This document shows, piece by piece, positions 47,575 through 60,949 of a stretch of 64,000 nt of DNA. The stretch is from Octopus sinensis. Its lineage: Eukaryota. The notes under the pieces were generated by a model, which saw only the letters and a program-made list of their open reading frames with translations, searched no databases and had not been told where the DNA came from. A program made the translations under genes and the position numbers. The stretch spans positions 210,786 through 274,785 of the forward strand of contig NW_021832528.1 of NCBI RefSeq assembly GCF_006345805.1, in the 5' to 3' direction. Every line of letters begins with the position of its first letter. Within the stretch, counting starts at the first letter, position 1.

Positions 47575-50515
47575 TATTATATTATTTGCAACATACGTAG
47601 AATCATATTAGTTATATTTTACTCGTGCAGCATTAAAAACAATCCTTTGAACCAGCCTCCTCCAACCTCCTCTGTCGTGAGCGAGTTTCCTCAGCTCGTC
47701 CAGATCCTCACCACTCCTTAGCCTTTTCTTCACACATTTCAGGTCTCCGTCAAGTGTTTCCGGCAGCGTAACACGTGGACGTCCACGGAAGCTCGATCCC
47801 TCTTTCAGGAAGTAGCCCTCCATTGCTATGTTAGCTGGGGCAAGCATGTCCATTCGTAGAATATGGCCAAATAACCTCCACCGCATATTGACGATTTCCA
47901 CACTCAGAGGGCCAGTTCTGCATCTATTGTATAGCGATTCCTGGTTGATTCTTATAGGCCAGTTCAATCCCAGTAGGGATCTAAGTTGCCTGCGGTGAAA
48001 AGAATCAAGTCCACGTTGTTCAGTACTAGACATTCCCCAGGTCGCCGAATTATATGTCAGGATTGGTTTGACAAAGGCTTCATACATCCTCAGACGAAGT
48101 GACGTACAGAGTCGTCGTTTGCCGATCCACTCTTTCTTTATCTTGTTCATCGTGGCCCAAGCGAGAGCCTTTCTTCTGACAATATCATGGCCGTCCCCAA
48201 GTAGAGAACCGAGTTTGTTCGTTTTGCGCCAGGCTTCACTTGAGCTGCTCTCCATCCTCATGATTTCAACGATGTCGGTTTTTCCAACGTTCATTTTAAG
48301 GAACCATCTGTTCAGCTCAGCAGGTGCCACTTCAAGGAGTCGAAGTAAGCCGATTTGTCGTCTGACACGAAGTCGACGTCATCTGCATATACAATTTCGA
48401 CGATATTGCCAGCATAGAATTTTCGAAGGTCTCGTAGTGCCGTCTCCAGATAGATCACGAATAGCAACGGCGAGAGGGCGTCTCCCTGAGGGGTACCGAC
48501 GTTGCACGTGAATTCACGGGAAAACGCCGTGCCGACCCGCACCTTGAGCTTTGTGTTCGATAGTAGTACTCTTATCATATTGACAGAGTCAGGGTCCAGG
48601 AATTGTTCCAGTATTTTGAGGAGTAGACCACGGCGTACCGTGTCAAAGGCCCTAGACAGGTCTATTCCCAGGACTGTGTTGCACTTTTGTATCTCTGGGT
48701 GATAGCGCAGTACCACTTGTGGCCCACAGCATCGGCGGTGGATCTTCTGTCCTAAATCCACTATGACTCGGGGATAGATAGTTGTCCACTTGTTCTCTTA
48801 TTCGGTTCAGTGTAACTAATCCCAAAAGTTTCCGTAAGGTGTTTAGCAAGATTATAGGGCGTAGATTTTCGACAGGCCCAGCCTGCTTGTTAGGCTTTTG
48901 GATCGGTATTAATAATCCGGAATCAAGACCGAGGAATTCCTTTTTCATAAACATACCATTGAGTAGCTCCGCCAGTTTGTCTGTTAGTGCAGGCGGTCCG
49001 TATTTAAACAGTTCTGATTTATTCCATCCGGTCCAGAGGAGCGGCCATTTTTAAGTTTGGCTATTGCAGTTGATACTTCACCGGTGGTGATTAGGCTGAG
49101 ATGAGTGGTGTATCCGCTGGTGTAATCGGATATTTCTCCGTGAGCGGTTAATATACTCTCGAAATACGAGGCTATATATTCAGCTGCTCTTTGGGATTTG
49201 TGATGAATCTTCCATTGCTGTCATGGATTTTGAGTTTGTTAGTTTGTTTTTCCTGTTGAGTAGGCGGATTGCCGTAAACATTTTTGAAGAGTCCTTTAGC
49301 TGTTCAATTCCTGCAGCTATTAAGTCGAGTTTGTTAGTGAAGTTTGTCTTGTTCAACATTTTGATTTTTTTCTGGGTAGATGAACGTCTATTCTGTAAGA
49401 TTTGTTTCTTCTTCGGATCAGATGTGTTTTCCAGTTGTAGTCTTAGCTCCTTTTGTTCTTTGATGAGGGCAGGGAGATCAGAGTGTATACCTTTGTTGCA
49501 TAGTACTTGCGACCGAAGGCCAATTGCCTCGTCGGCTGCCAAGAGGATCCCTTTCATTGTCTCCGCCCAGGCACCTCCTGGAGAAAGTTCGGCATTATGT
49601 TTCCAAGAGATTTCATGATTGACAGTTGGTAGTTGTCTCTGACCAGCGTAGATGAGCACAGTTGTTCGATTTTATGCCTTATCCTTACATCAGCGTTGGG
49701 CCCCCTTCGTCGTAGGTCAATTGATGTCTTCATAGCAAACTTGGCAGAGACAATTTTATGATCACTGTAAGTAGCTGCACCTCCATAAGACCTTGAGTCT
49801 CGGAGAAACGATTTTTCCCCGGCTCGACAGACGATGTAGTCAATTTGGTTGAAATGTTGACGGACCTGCGGTCGGTGAGGGTCGTTGGCCAGTCCACGTC
49901 GTTTTGTGACGCGCGGGATGCTGGAAACCGGTGTTGCATAGGAATAGGTCAAAGACCCGACAGAATTCAGCTAGACAGTTCCTGGATAGTTTCTGATTCC
50001 TCTTCCGTGATGGCCAATAAAACTTTCGTTTCCCTTACGGGTTCCAACTTTCGCATTCCAGTCCCCGGCAACAAACAGAAAGTACGAAGAGCCGAGGTCT
50101 GTTAATGTCCTTCCTAATTCCTCATAGAAGATATCAAGTTCTTCTGGATTTTTTTGAATACGTCCACTGTGGGCGCGTAGACATTGACAATTGACGTGAG
50201 TCTCCTCGACTTGCTGCTTGAGATTGTACGTAGTTGTAAGACGCTGATCCTATCGCTGACTTTCCATATCGATATAGTCTGGAGGTGTGGTTCTTGTGTA
50301 TGCGAATCCTTGTCCATAATGTATAGATTCTGAGGAAGCAGTATTAGGCGATAATTTCCGTGTATTTCGTCAAGTCCGTGTTTTACTTTAGTCTCCTGTA
50401 GACAGCATATAGAGCCCTGGTATTTTTCGAGATCAGTACATAGAAGGCCTCTTAGCCACGGTTTTCAGACCTCTGACATTGAAGTAAGGATTTTAGTTCA
50501 TTAGATTGTTTCGAA
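47575..50515 (-). mobile_element. Near full-length RTE-like LINE (APE + RT), frameshifted
   Basis: NVRGL..CCLQETK, VNVYAPT, IDYI...SDH, KSPG.DG..AEL, PIQKPNK..LRPI.LL, IDLSRAFD, GTPQGDALSP, VYADD, FRGRPRVT; TAA-rich tail. Confidence 0.93.
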
Positions 50516-50816
50516 TGCTTAATAGACATTAGTGCAAGAGAGGCACGTCACCACCTTGTTTCCCTTTCCGATTCGAAATCGGTATATTTTTGCTATTATA
50601 GAATTAGATTAACAAATACTTTTTGTTCTGAAACTAATGTTTTATGATGATGAGACATTTCTTTTGTTTTACAATAAAAATGTTTTGTTTAGTACGAGTC
50701 AATATTTTGAGGAATGGAATTCTTAAGTATTAAATAATACACATTAATGAATGTAGCAATAAAACACGGAACAAGACTACTAATTTAGATGTAGAACAAT
50801 CCTCTTAAAGATAGGG

Positions 50817-51100
50817 TTAAAAACTAAAATTAGTTTTATTATTGAAACACTCTCGTACTAATATAGCAAAAAAGGTACTGTTGCATTTATAGCACACCCA
50901 TGTTGTATTCTCCTGCTGTTGGAGAAGGGTCATAAAATGTCTGTTTTGACATTTTTTTTCTTTGGGAAAGATTCCAACGTCTTGAAGGAAGCCAACTGAC
51001 TCCATTTCAGTACGGGGAAGTTCATAGTCCTTCAGTTTTGCAAATTTTCGCATGACAACTGTATCATTCATCTCCACAAGCCGGTACAAAATTCAAATTT
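50817..51100 (-). mobile_element. Merlin/IS1595-like transposase N-terminal remnant
   Basis: LPRTEMESVGFLQDVGIFPKEKKCQNRHFM...WVCYKC zinc-ribbon pattern. Confidence 0.55.
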
Positions 51101-51295
51101 TTTAAAAAAAAATTAGAATAAAATTTACAAATTCGGCATAGTTCAATTATTTAAATTTTCGATTTAATATTCATAAAAATTTGCATTAATTCATTTAGAG
51201 CCTATTTTCGTGCAGGATGAAATGCAACAGTACCAAAATGATTATAAAGAAGTGAATTTTTTACTCATTAATCTGACTAGTTGCTAAACGTAATA

Positions 51296-53179
51296 CAGTG
51301 CGACCTCGAATTGGGGGAAAACCAAGTAGCGGGGGGGAAACCTCTTTTTTTTGGGGAAAACCTTGCTTTTGGGGAAATATTTTTGCCATCCCTATAAAAT
51401 ACGATGATTTTTAATGAAATAAACCCCCTACCGGGGAAAAATTTTATATCATCATAAACGATTAATTAATATATTTGTATAATTTTTGATTTATTATTAT
51501 TATTTATTGTAACCTGTTTTTCCAAATTTGTAATCAATAATTTTAAAATTTATTTAACCTGGTAACTTAGTTAGTTAGCTAATTAACCTGATAAAAATTG
51601 AAATTATCAATTTTTAAAGTTATTTTATAAATTTTAGAAAGCCAATGCCTAGAAAACTAAATCAAAGTGAAAAGATCAGAATTTGCAAGGATATACAGTC
51701 GGGTCATAAGGACAAAATGATTTGTGAAAGATTTAACATCTCTAAAGGAATGCTATACCGACTAAAAAGAAAAGGGAAGGAATCTTAGCTCAAGGTTTCT
51801 CACATCCGAAGGGACAATTGGATACGATTGAATGCCCAAGTTTACGAGATTTTTCGTAATCTCAGGTCGAAAGGTTTCCCAATTAATGGGCCAACCTTAA
51901 AGCTTATTGCACGTAAAATTGCGTATAGAAATTCAAATCATGATTTCACTGCTTCTAATGGATGGCTTTACAGATTTAAGAAACAATTCGAAATAAAATT
52001 CAGAATATTACATGGCGAATCACGATCAGCTGATAAAGAAGGTGCGGAAAACTTCCGATCAACTTTCAATGATTTGCTTGAAAACTATGGGGGAAAAAAC
52101 ATTTTCAACTGTGATGAAACTGCATTATTTTATAAAGCTGTTTCCAAAAAGAGTTTTGTTGAAAAAAATGAGTTACACAGCGGACATAAAATAAGAAAAG
52201 AACGTATGACACTTCTTTTGTGTTGCAGTTACACAGGAGAAAAATATAAACCGCTTATAATTGGGCGTACGAAGTCACCAAGAGTATTAAAAGGTGTGAA
52301 TCTGAGAGAAATTGGCATTGAATATGATGCTTCGTGCAAAGCCTGGATGACAAAAATATTTTGAAAATTGGTTATCTCGATTTAACGAGGAAATGAGAGA
52401 GAGAGAAAAGAAGGAAAATAGCATTGTTAATTGATAATGCAACTTGTCATGCTGTTTCTCTCAAACTTTCAAACGTCGACGTAATATTTTTTCCAAAAAA
52501 TACAAGTTCCTTAATTCAGCCATGTGACCAAGGGATAATAAAGGCATTTAAGAATCATTTTAATAACTGGATTATGAAAACAATTATCTATGATAAAAAT
52601 CCTGCAGGGCAAATAGATGAAGCAATAAAGGGAATTACAATATTGGATGCTATTTCATGTTCGAAATTGGCATGGGACGAGATTACAGACACTTCAATAC
52701 AACATTGCTTTGAAAAAGCTTTGGAATATGACTGTCGGGAAAAAGAGGACATCGAAGAAAGTCTGATTAATTCCGATATTGTGGAAAATGCGATTTTGGA
52801 GAGTTTCTGGGATGATAACAGTAGTGATGAAGAGGACTGCAGCGAACAATTTATGGAACATTTGGATGATCAACAAGTTATAAACAATACGGAATGCGCA
52901 TTCACAATGCTGCTAAATGTTATTAAGCAAGAGACTCCGGAAAATGTACTTGATCTATTCAGATTCAAAGCAAATATTATGAGTTCGATGCGAAAAAAAC
53001 AAAACACTCGATTAAAATTAACTGATTTTTTTATTAAAAAATAAAAATTGTAGTTATCCGTCTCGGTTATATTATTAAGAGAGATATCGAACAGGCGAGA
53101 CCTAAATTTAATGAAAAACCTTTTTTTTGGGGAAAACCTCAAAATTGGGGAAAAATTTCCCCAATTCGAGGTCGCACTG
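51296..53179 (+). mobile_element. Full-length pogo/Tigger element (DD35D-type), transposase disrupted
   Basis: TA-flanked TIRs CAGTGCGACCTCGAATTGGGGAAA; HTH, ASNGWLYRFK, NCDET, LIDNATCH, QPCDQGIIKAFK; one stop and one frameshift. Confidence 0.95.
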
Positions 53180-53299
53180 TATATCGTAAGATGTGAATCG
53201 GTAACCTCGTTCTCAGACAATTTTACATGATCATTTTAGAGAATAACTGTTCACATTAAAATGTGCTTCCAAATATACAAGCCATTTTCATAGCATTGT

Positions 53300-54267
53300 C
53301 GGTTAATTGCGGATATTTTCTGACACATACAAAATTTTTGTAGAAGCTCAAAATATCCATTTCAGAAAATATTTTGATTTAAGTGTACTGTCGCATTGAA
53401 TTTCAAGTAATTCCATTTGATAACACCCTGGTACTGTCTCAGTTTCAACATCAAAGGGATTGAAAAAATGTTGAAAAGATTTTTATGAGCCTAAAAAATT
53501 ATATATGGCGCATTTTACTCTTAAATCCATAAAACGTGATGAAAATTCTGATCTCAATTCCATAACTGTTTGCATATTCCGGAACATCAGTCGGATTCGT
53601 AGAAAGAAAATTCACAAAATGCGTCATGTTTTCTTTTTGTAACTGTAATTCCCACAACTTTAATTATTTTCAAAAGCAGTGATTTCGGCATACATTTGGT
53701 GTATAAATTTATTACTTCCCTGCAGTTTCAAATTTAAGTCATTTAGATGTGAAGTTATGTCTACAAAAAATGCCAATTGGAAATATTATCAGTATTTCGG
53801 AAATATGAAGCATCATAATTCTTTTCTTCAAGAAAAAATTATAACATCTTCCGTATATGAAAAACCTTTTGAGCATTGATCCTCTACTAAGCCATCTGAC
53901 ATTACAAAAATATAAAAGATCCCCATATTCTGCTTCAGTGTCGATTAAAAATTGCCTGAGTCCAATCTGGATTAAACGTACGGGTTTGAAGATCTTTAGT
54001 TCTTTTCGAACAATTCGGCATTCAAATTCACCACACAAAATTATTAACACGTTTATAAATTTATTTATTTTTAATAATAGATAAAATGTATGTATAAATC
54101 TATATTACTAAAAGTCTAGTACTTTACTAAATTTGCCCGCGGGCCATGTTAGTTGGGAAAAATTTGTCGGCGGGCCAATTTCCCTTAGTATTAAAAATTG
54201 TTCGCGAGCCATTTTTAAATCTTCCTGGGCCTAATTTGGCCCGCGGGCCGCGATTTGCCGACCCCTG
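53300..54267 (-). mobile_element. hAT (Charlie/Spin-like) element fragment
   Basis: CAGGGGTCGGCAAA terminus at 54254-54267; AEYGDLLYFCNVRWLSRG. Confidence 0.85.
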
Positions 54268-54269
54268 GC

Positions 54270-54460
54270 TTAGACCTTCTATCTCCACCACGTTTAGATG
54301 GAATAACTTCCCCCGTTTTAAAGAACTTTTTCAAAATACTGTTAACGGTTTGATATTTCTTGTCGAACAATTGAGCAATATCTTTGGTTGAATATCCATC
54401 CAAAGATTTGTTTATTATACTTTCTCTCACATCATTAGATATTATTTGTCGGCGAACCAT
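54270..54460 (-). mobile_element. Tc1/IS630-like transposase HTH N-terminus, truncated by the hAT element
   Basis: VRESII...YS.KDIA..F....TV.SI.K.F..TG.V....RGG.R. Confidence 0.7.
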
Positions 54461-54462
54461 CG

Positions 54463-54616
54463 ATTATTATATTGATTCGAAAAATTATTATATTGATTCG
54501 AAAAATTATTATATTGATTCGAAAAATTATTATATTGATTCGAAAAATTATTATATTGGTTCGAAAAATTATTATATTGGTTCGAAAAATTATTATATGA
54601 TTCGAAAAGTTATTAT
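54463..54616. repeat. 21-bp minisatellite (ATTATTATATTGATTCGAAAA), about 7 units
   Basis: Head-to-tail units without spacers; one stray unit at ~54725-54746. Confidence 0.97.
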
Positions 54617-54669
54617 ATAACAAATCTACTTACAAAAACCGAAATCTAAGTGTCAGTATTATGTTTATG

Positions 54670-54726
54670 ATAGATATGTAGCCTGGGGATTGCCAAACTG
54701 TTTCCTCGGATAATGGCGATCGAGAA
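54670..54726 (-). mobile_element. CRE 3' micro-fragment
   Basis: FSIAIIRGNSLAI. Confidence 0.65.
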
Positions 54727-55609
54727 ATTATTATATTGACCCGAAAACCCTATAAATCAATGATTTTTTATGTTGATTAAATTTAAATGATTTAAATCAA
54801 ACAACTCTGATTTAAAGATCATGCTTGTTTATGCTTAAACGATATTCTGGTCACGTAAAATTAATTATTTGTGAGGACTAGCGTAGGTTCCCTCAATGCT
54901 GTCTCTACTCTCTTTAGTCAAATGGCGGTGTTTCTTTCAGATGTCTTGTAATGAAGAGATTTGTAGTTTTGGTCTGTGATTGTCCCAATAGCGACTCACT
55001 CGCCGATTTATTCTGATAATTAACCCGCTTCTTTTCATTAGTTGTGTTAATTAGGACGCAATGACCATTACCCAAACATGGTCAATGAGTAGGGAAATCG
55101 CAAACAAACACAATCAATATCTCCATTAGTCTACTTATAAAAATATATTCAAATTACGATGACATCAGTACCATTAAATATTTATAGGCATACTTCTCTA
55201 AGTGTCTATGTAATATCAATTTGTGAATTGTTGTTGTTGTTTAACTCCGATCTCACATTAGATTATGAGACCAACAGCTAGCAAAAATAACAACGTTGCT
55301 CCAATAGGACCTCAACGTTGCAGTCAAGAAGCATTTCTGAAGGGTGAACATCCGGAGGGAGTTTATAGAGGACCGAGTTAGGCGTCAGCTTAACGTGGAG
55401 ATGGAATCGTGAATTCTTTTCATTCGATGTGAACATCAGTGCAGGCTATCAATTTTAGCAAGGGTCCAGAAATATAGAATCGCCGACGTATTTTTCAATG
55501 AACGGCCATTTCCGTTTAGCACATTTAGAGCAGAACAAGAGTAATAAGAAATTCGCGATGAAAATAGGAATTGTGTTCCTCTCATATTTAAATGTTCTTC
55601 AATCGGCAA

Positions 55610-55800
55610 AAGGTTTTTTCACTTGGAGTTGATTTCAGACACACAAATATAGTGCGCATGACCTTGTTTTGTACTGATTGTAGTGCCAATATCGAGCTTG
55701 TAGATAGGCAGGTCGACCAGATTAAACTCGCATAACTTAAAATTGGTTGTATGTATTGTCTGTAAACTCGTTTGAGGAGTGGCTTCTGGGCACCAGTAAA
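55610..55800 (-). mobile_element. I-like LINE RT C-terminal remnant
   Basis: LLKRVYRQYIQPILSYASLIW...LQSVQNKVMR. Confidence 0.8.
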
Positions 55801-55899
55801 TTTCTGTATTGTAGATTAGGGATCAAAAAAATTAAATTATTCTGATGAATATTTTATCTTTCATTTACAAGCTGAATAATGAGGTTACCATAATGATGT

Positions 55900-56560
55900 G
55901 GGAATTACATATGTTCAGATGGAATATTATTTATAAATAAATAAGATTCAAAACATTTTGAATATTGAAAATCCTGTAGTATCCGTGACTATATATATTT
56001 TGCAAATAATAACTCTTCTTGCAAAATAGAATCATCATCGAAATATCTTAATAAAAAATAATACCTTACATATGCCATCAAAATTGACTAGTTATCAACA
56101 ACAACTGATTCGTCAAGTTGGGTTCTCTGAGAAATAAAATTAAGGATTGTTCAATTTCATTAGAAATTTCATCAATTCTTCTTCGTTGCTTAATGGAATC
56201 GTCTTTATAATATTTGAAGAATCTTGTTTTAGGATATCATTTATAAATAAATTTAAACAAGGACGGATTACATTTTCTGCAATTGAATGGATATTATCTA
56301 TAATTTAAAATAATAACCATTTTTTCGATTATCTCTACAGCTTTATATGAACAAAATAATACAGAGACATTTTGAGATATATTTTTATTAAAGATTGAGG
56401 GTCAGATGTTTTATTTTCAAAATTCTTTTTTAATTCTAAGAAAAAGTCTGCCTTTTTTTTATTTGAATTATCATGTTTTCGCTTTAAATGTTCAATCAAA
56501 CGAAACGATTTCATTGCCTCATTCGAAAAGATCGTACAACATTAAAGACAAAGTGGTTTA
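55900..56560 (-). mobile_element. hAT Buster-type transposase remnant
   Basis: SNEAMK...HLKAKH, QLDES, ILMAYVRY, EELLFA. Confidence 0.8.
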
Positions 56561-56699
56561 TTAGGATATTGAGGATCTTTAATAAATCCAAAAGAAAAAT
56601 ATTCATCTTTATACATTCTAACTTTTTGAAACGACCCATAAAGATAACTAGAAATCACGCTTAGAAATTTAAATAAAATATAAGTCACAGTCCAGACGT

Positions 56700-57010
56700 G
56701 AGTATATAGAAGTATCAATTTATTTAATTATGATTAGTGTGAGCACAATTATGTACATTTTGGAAGAGATAAAATGTTTTCTATGTCTAAGGGAAAGATA
56801 TATGGTGCAACTCGAGAAGAGATTAGCAAAATAATTGAAAAATGTGCTCATTCTCAGGTATTTAGTTAAATTATTGCAAGAGGCCCGAGAGATAGATACA
56901 TTGCTGATTTATTGATTTAAGAAGATATTCAGAAATAAATAACAGCTTTAAATGGGTATTTATTACGATTTATCCAGATTCTAAACATGACACTACGAAT
57001 CATATTTTAT
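56700..57010 (+). mobile_element. Second Ginger-like integrase remnant
   Basis: HNYVHFGRDKM...YGATREEI...C..Q and RYIADLIDL-like blocks. Confidence 0.55.
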
Positions 57011-57589
57011 TTAACATTTTTATGGGAGTGGGATATGAAAAAAAACTAGATGATTACATTATGCAGTCTTTATTGGCTTCTACTGGTTATTATGAAATTA
57101 TTTTACGATAAGGAGAAAATGAATACGAAGAAGTAGATTTTGTGTACATATAATAAAAATATCATTTTTCAAAGATTATAGACTTCTAAAATAAGATTTT
57201 AATTTTTCAAATATTAGCAATCAACCTGGCAGAATAAATCGCCAACCGTTGAGAACCACTGGTCTATTAGATATTGTAATATCAATTTGTGTATTGTAGA
57301 TCGGGGATCAAAAAAATAAATTATTCTGATAAATATTATATCTTTAATTTACAATCTGAAAAATATGATTACCATGATTGATATGGAAATTACACCCCTC
57401 GACATTAAAATCCGAACACTTAATTTTTAGCAAATTTTTAATCATTTTTAATAAAATAATTTATTTGAGCTTCTTTATTTGTATTATTTTAACTATTTAT
57501 ATATTTAAATATATATTGAAACATATAATTTTAAAGAATAAAGCAAAAAACGAGAATTTTATAACAAAAAAGCCGTTGATAGTGACGTT

Positions 57590-58080
57590 GGATTTTGCGT
57601 CGAGTGTGGCCTCTGCGGTGGAAGCGAGCAGTTCACGTTCAAACCACCACTACCTGCCCCTCTGAGACGCCCTCGGTGTTGACGTGGGGCAAATCGGTGG
57701 TTGTCTGCCTTTTCAGAGAGCAGTGCATTGGGACAGGAAATATTGTGTTCGATATTAGGGCACGAGAAGTATTCCAGATCTCTGAATATGTAGGTTTGTG
57801 GCAGTGGAGAAGATATCCTCGGATGGGAAGTACAGCAATTTGATGATTTTGTCGAGTCACTCCCTGTATTTGGTCAAGTGTTATGAGAGATCTGGTTTTG
57901 TGGTGGACGACGTGGTCAGTGTTGGTTATAAGGATATTCTGCGAGTGCGGACAACTCACTTTGGTGTGATTATTAGGTTAGTATTGTAGGGAAGAGTTGT
58001 TATGTTGAGATATGTGTGAGTGAGAGTGATTTGTCTAACAGGGATGTCTATGTGGCATGTGCCAGTATTGCCTGTGCGTC
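57590..58080 (-). mobile_element. I-like LINE C-terminal remnant
   Basis: VTRQNHQIAVL.IRGY...CP.C-like knuckle region. Confidence 0.45.
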
Positions 58081-58599
58081 GAAAGTACGATTGTGTTTTT
58101 TAATCTAGATTTGTCATTGGATTGCCTTTGCGAGATCACAGTATGAAGAAGAATGTGAGGGGTTTCCTATTCTCGACTATCGAGTCGGATTATAATGAAT
58201 AATATTTTGATTAAATTATTGTTTTATTTTTTCCTGTTTACCCCAATTAATAATTTTATAATAAATATTCTTGTCACGTGATTATTATTTGTTGTTGTGT
58301 TTCTTTGTCTTTATAGTGTTTTTACTTATTTTAATAGAGATTAAATGAATTTATGACTTTTATAATCCCTGAAAACTATTGATTATATAAGCTAATTTTG
58401 TATTCATACATTCATGGTTTAATCTTTATTAATATTCCATTTGTACATAATTTATATAAAACAGTTTTACTTATACCTGTTTTTTTATTTGGTTTTGTTT
58501 TTTCTATATTTTACCTGCATTTGATTTGTCATGTCTGCTATGTCCTGATATTTATTTTTAATTTAATGCGATATTTGTTTCATCCTATCATTTTTATAA

Positions 58600-58940
58600 T
58601 ATGTTAGTTACACTCCGAACAATTTTTTAAAAGCCTTTTCTGGATTGACTGTTCTTCCAAGTTTATCATGCACAGTAATATGGTTTGTTCTTTTTCCTCT
58701 GTTTATTAAGCGAACAGCTTTAAACATCCTCGTTTCATCCTTATATTTTTAAATTTCAGCCACTTGCTTCTCAACTTCTTTTCGTAATTGACGTTTTTGT
58801 ATTGTTTTGATTTTTATTAATATTCTTCCACGTTGTGTCTTCAGTTCCCTTTTCCTATTAGCCGTCAATGTTTTGTTTAGTTCGAGCCTGAGTCTTTTCT
58901 GTTCAATCGAAAGAGTTGGAAAAAGAATTAACAATTATCA
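58600..58940 (-). mobile_element. RTE-like linker remnant
   Basis: EQKRLRLEL...RMFKAVRL matches 49180-49659. Confidence 0.7.
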
Positions 58941-58992
58941 AAATCTATTTTAGTAACATATTATATCCATCCATCATTCGTTGCCGAATATA

Positions 58993-60489
58993 CAGTACCG
59001 TGCAAATGTTCCGGACCACCCAATTATTTTTAAATTCTATATATATTTGGCAGCTACGGCTTGACTTTCTTAGACAAATTTTAATATTAAATGAATAAAT
59101 AACTTTTGTACTTTTTCTTTTTCCATAAAATTTTACAATATTGAATTTTTAGCAGTCAGTAAATTTTGACCCGTGCATATGTTCCGGACCAGTGATTAAC
59201 AGCATCAAAAAAAACCACTTTATTCAATGAAAATATCTTATTTAAAAAATAATTAATAATTAACTTCACCTCCTTTATTCTTTACAACATCGATCATCCT
59301 AGTCGGAAGTGATTTATAGAGATTTTCTGTATGAGCATCTTCCATTTCATAAAATTCTTTTTTTGTAATTCTCCAGATCTTCTGGTTCTTTTTCACGTAT
59401 TCTTTGTTTAAGTATACACCAGAGGTTTTCAATAATGTTAAATCCGGTGACTGACTTGGCCCTTTTCAAGTAATTTAACTTTCTTCTGATCAAGATATTG
59501 AATGGTGGATCTCGATTTGTGGCATGGAGCCCCATCTTGCTGGAACATCATATTTTGAAAATTTATATTTTCTAATCCTTCTTCGAGAATTCTTTGGTAT
59601 TCATTGGAATTAACATTTTTCCTACTCAAAACCAATGCTCTTTTTCCAGTTGCAGTGATAGCACCCCATACCAAGATATTCGGAGAAAACTTTACAGTTT
59701 CTGATGAATATTTTTTCTCATTTCTACATTTTTCTGGTCTTCTAACATATCTTCTAACATTTGGAAATAACATAATTCGACATTCATCTGAAAAAATTAC
59801 ATTAATCTTGACTTCAAAAAATTACATTAATCTTGACTTCAAATTTCTTATTTTAAGTTTCGGTTTTTTTACCATTATTCTACCATGAAGATTATTGGAC
59901 CTTAAACATCGTTTAATCGTATCTACAGAAACGGATAATGACAAATTGAGATCAGATCTAATTTGATTGGCTGTTTTAGAAGGATTTATTTTTGATCGAT
60001 AAACAATATTCCGTTCATTTCTTTTAGATAACTTCTTGGGTCTTCCAGATTTAGGTTTATCCTGAATTATGGAACATGTAGAATATCTTTTAATAGTTCT
60101 CTGAACTGTAGACTTGGAAATTCCAACACATAATGATATTTTTCTTTGAGATATTCCAAGTTTATACAGAGTGATAATTGAGGCACGGTTACCGAAACTA
60201 ACACGAGGCATTTAACGAATTTAATATATATTGAGCATTAAAATATCAGATGAAGGTGTATTTAATAATAATTAAAAAAAAATTAATGAGTGGTCCGGAA
60301 CATATGCACGGGTCAAAATTTACTGACTGCTAAAAATTCAATATTGTAAAATTTTATGAAAAAAGAAAAACCAAAAAAGTTTTGTATTCATTTAATATTA
60401 AAATTTGTCCAAGAGAGTCAAGCCGTAACTGCCAAATATATATAGAATTGAAAAATAATTGGGTGGTCCGGAACATTTGCACGGTACTG
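58993..60489 (-). mobile_element. Tc1-like element with ~200-bp IR/DR-type TIRs, frameshifted transposase
   Basis: TA-CAGTACCGTGC...GCACGGTACTG-TA; each TIR has two GTGCA(A/T)ATGTTCCGGACCA repeats; GRPKKLS, IFSDEC, VWGAI, FQQDGAPCH, NIIENLW. Confidence 0.95.
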
Positions 60490-60949
60490 TATTCTGAGGT
60501 CAATTAAATCCGCAATGTATCTGTCTCTACATCTCCTTGCAATGATTGGAGTTATTGGAGACTTTGTAGACAATAGTTTTTTGGACTAAAAGGAGTTATT
60601 ATCTGACAGAAAGCACAAAGCTAAATCATCTAAGAGATTTCATCTCTATTTAATCTATAGTAGATTTCTTAATCTCGAAAAAATTTCATTATTGATTTCA
60701 TAGATATTTAAACATAAAAAGTATATCGTTTAAACCTATATTTGGTTCATGTTTGTTGTCATCATCTGTATTGAATTCCAAAATATCTTCATTTTCACTT
60801 TCATCTTTATCTAAAAATAATAAAATAAAGCATTACCTTTGTTCAACATAAACGTGTTGTACCCTTTACTTCTATGAAATAGATAAAAAGGGGTTTTCTT
60901 CGTGGAAGAAAAAAAATAATAATGTGATTCTAGAAAAATAAATATATTT

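Noticed and set aside
54463-54623. Regular repeat as a CRISPR array, or the YYIDSKN / IIIFRIN repeat ORFs as proteins
   Set aside because: The units are contiguous with no spacers, no cas genes are present and the context is eukaryotic. The ORFs are by-products of a 21-bp unit.
6720-54726. Site-specific targeting by the CRE elements, as in trypanosomatid spliced-leader arrays
   Set aside because: The 3' flanks of the copies share no evident sequence, and no spliced-leader-like repeat was seen.
55270-55600. Coding-like stretch as a viral gene
   Set aside because: Multiple stops and no motif; cannot be assigned.
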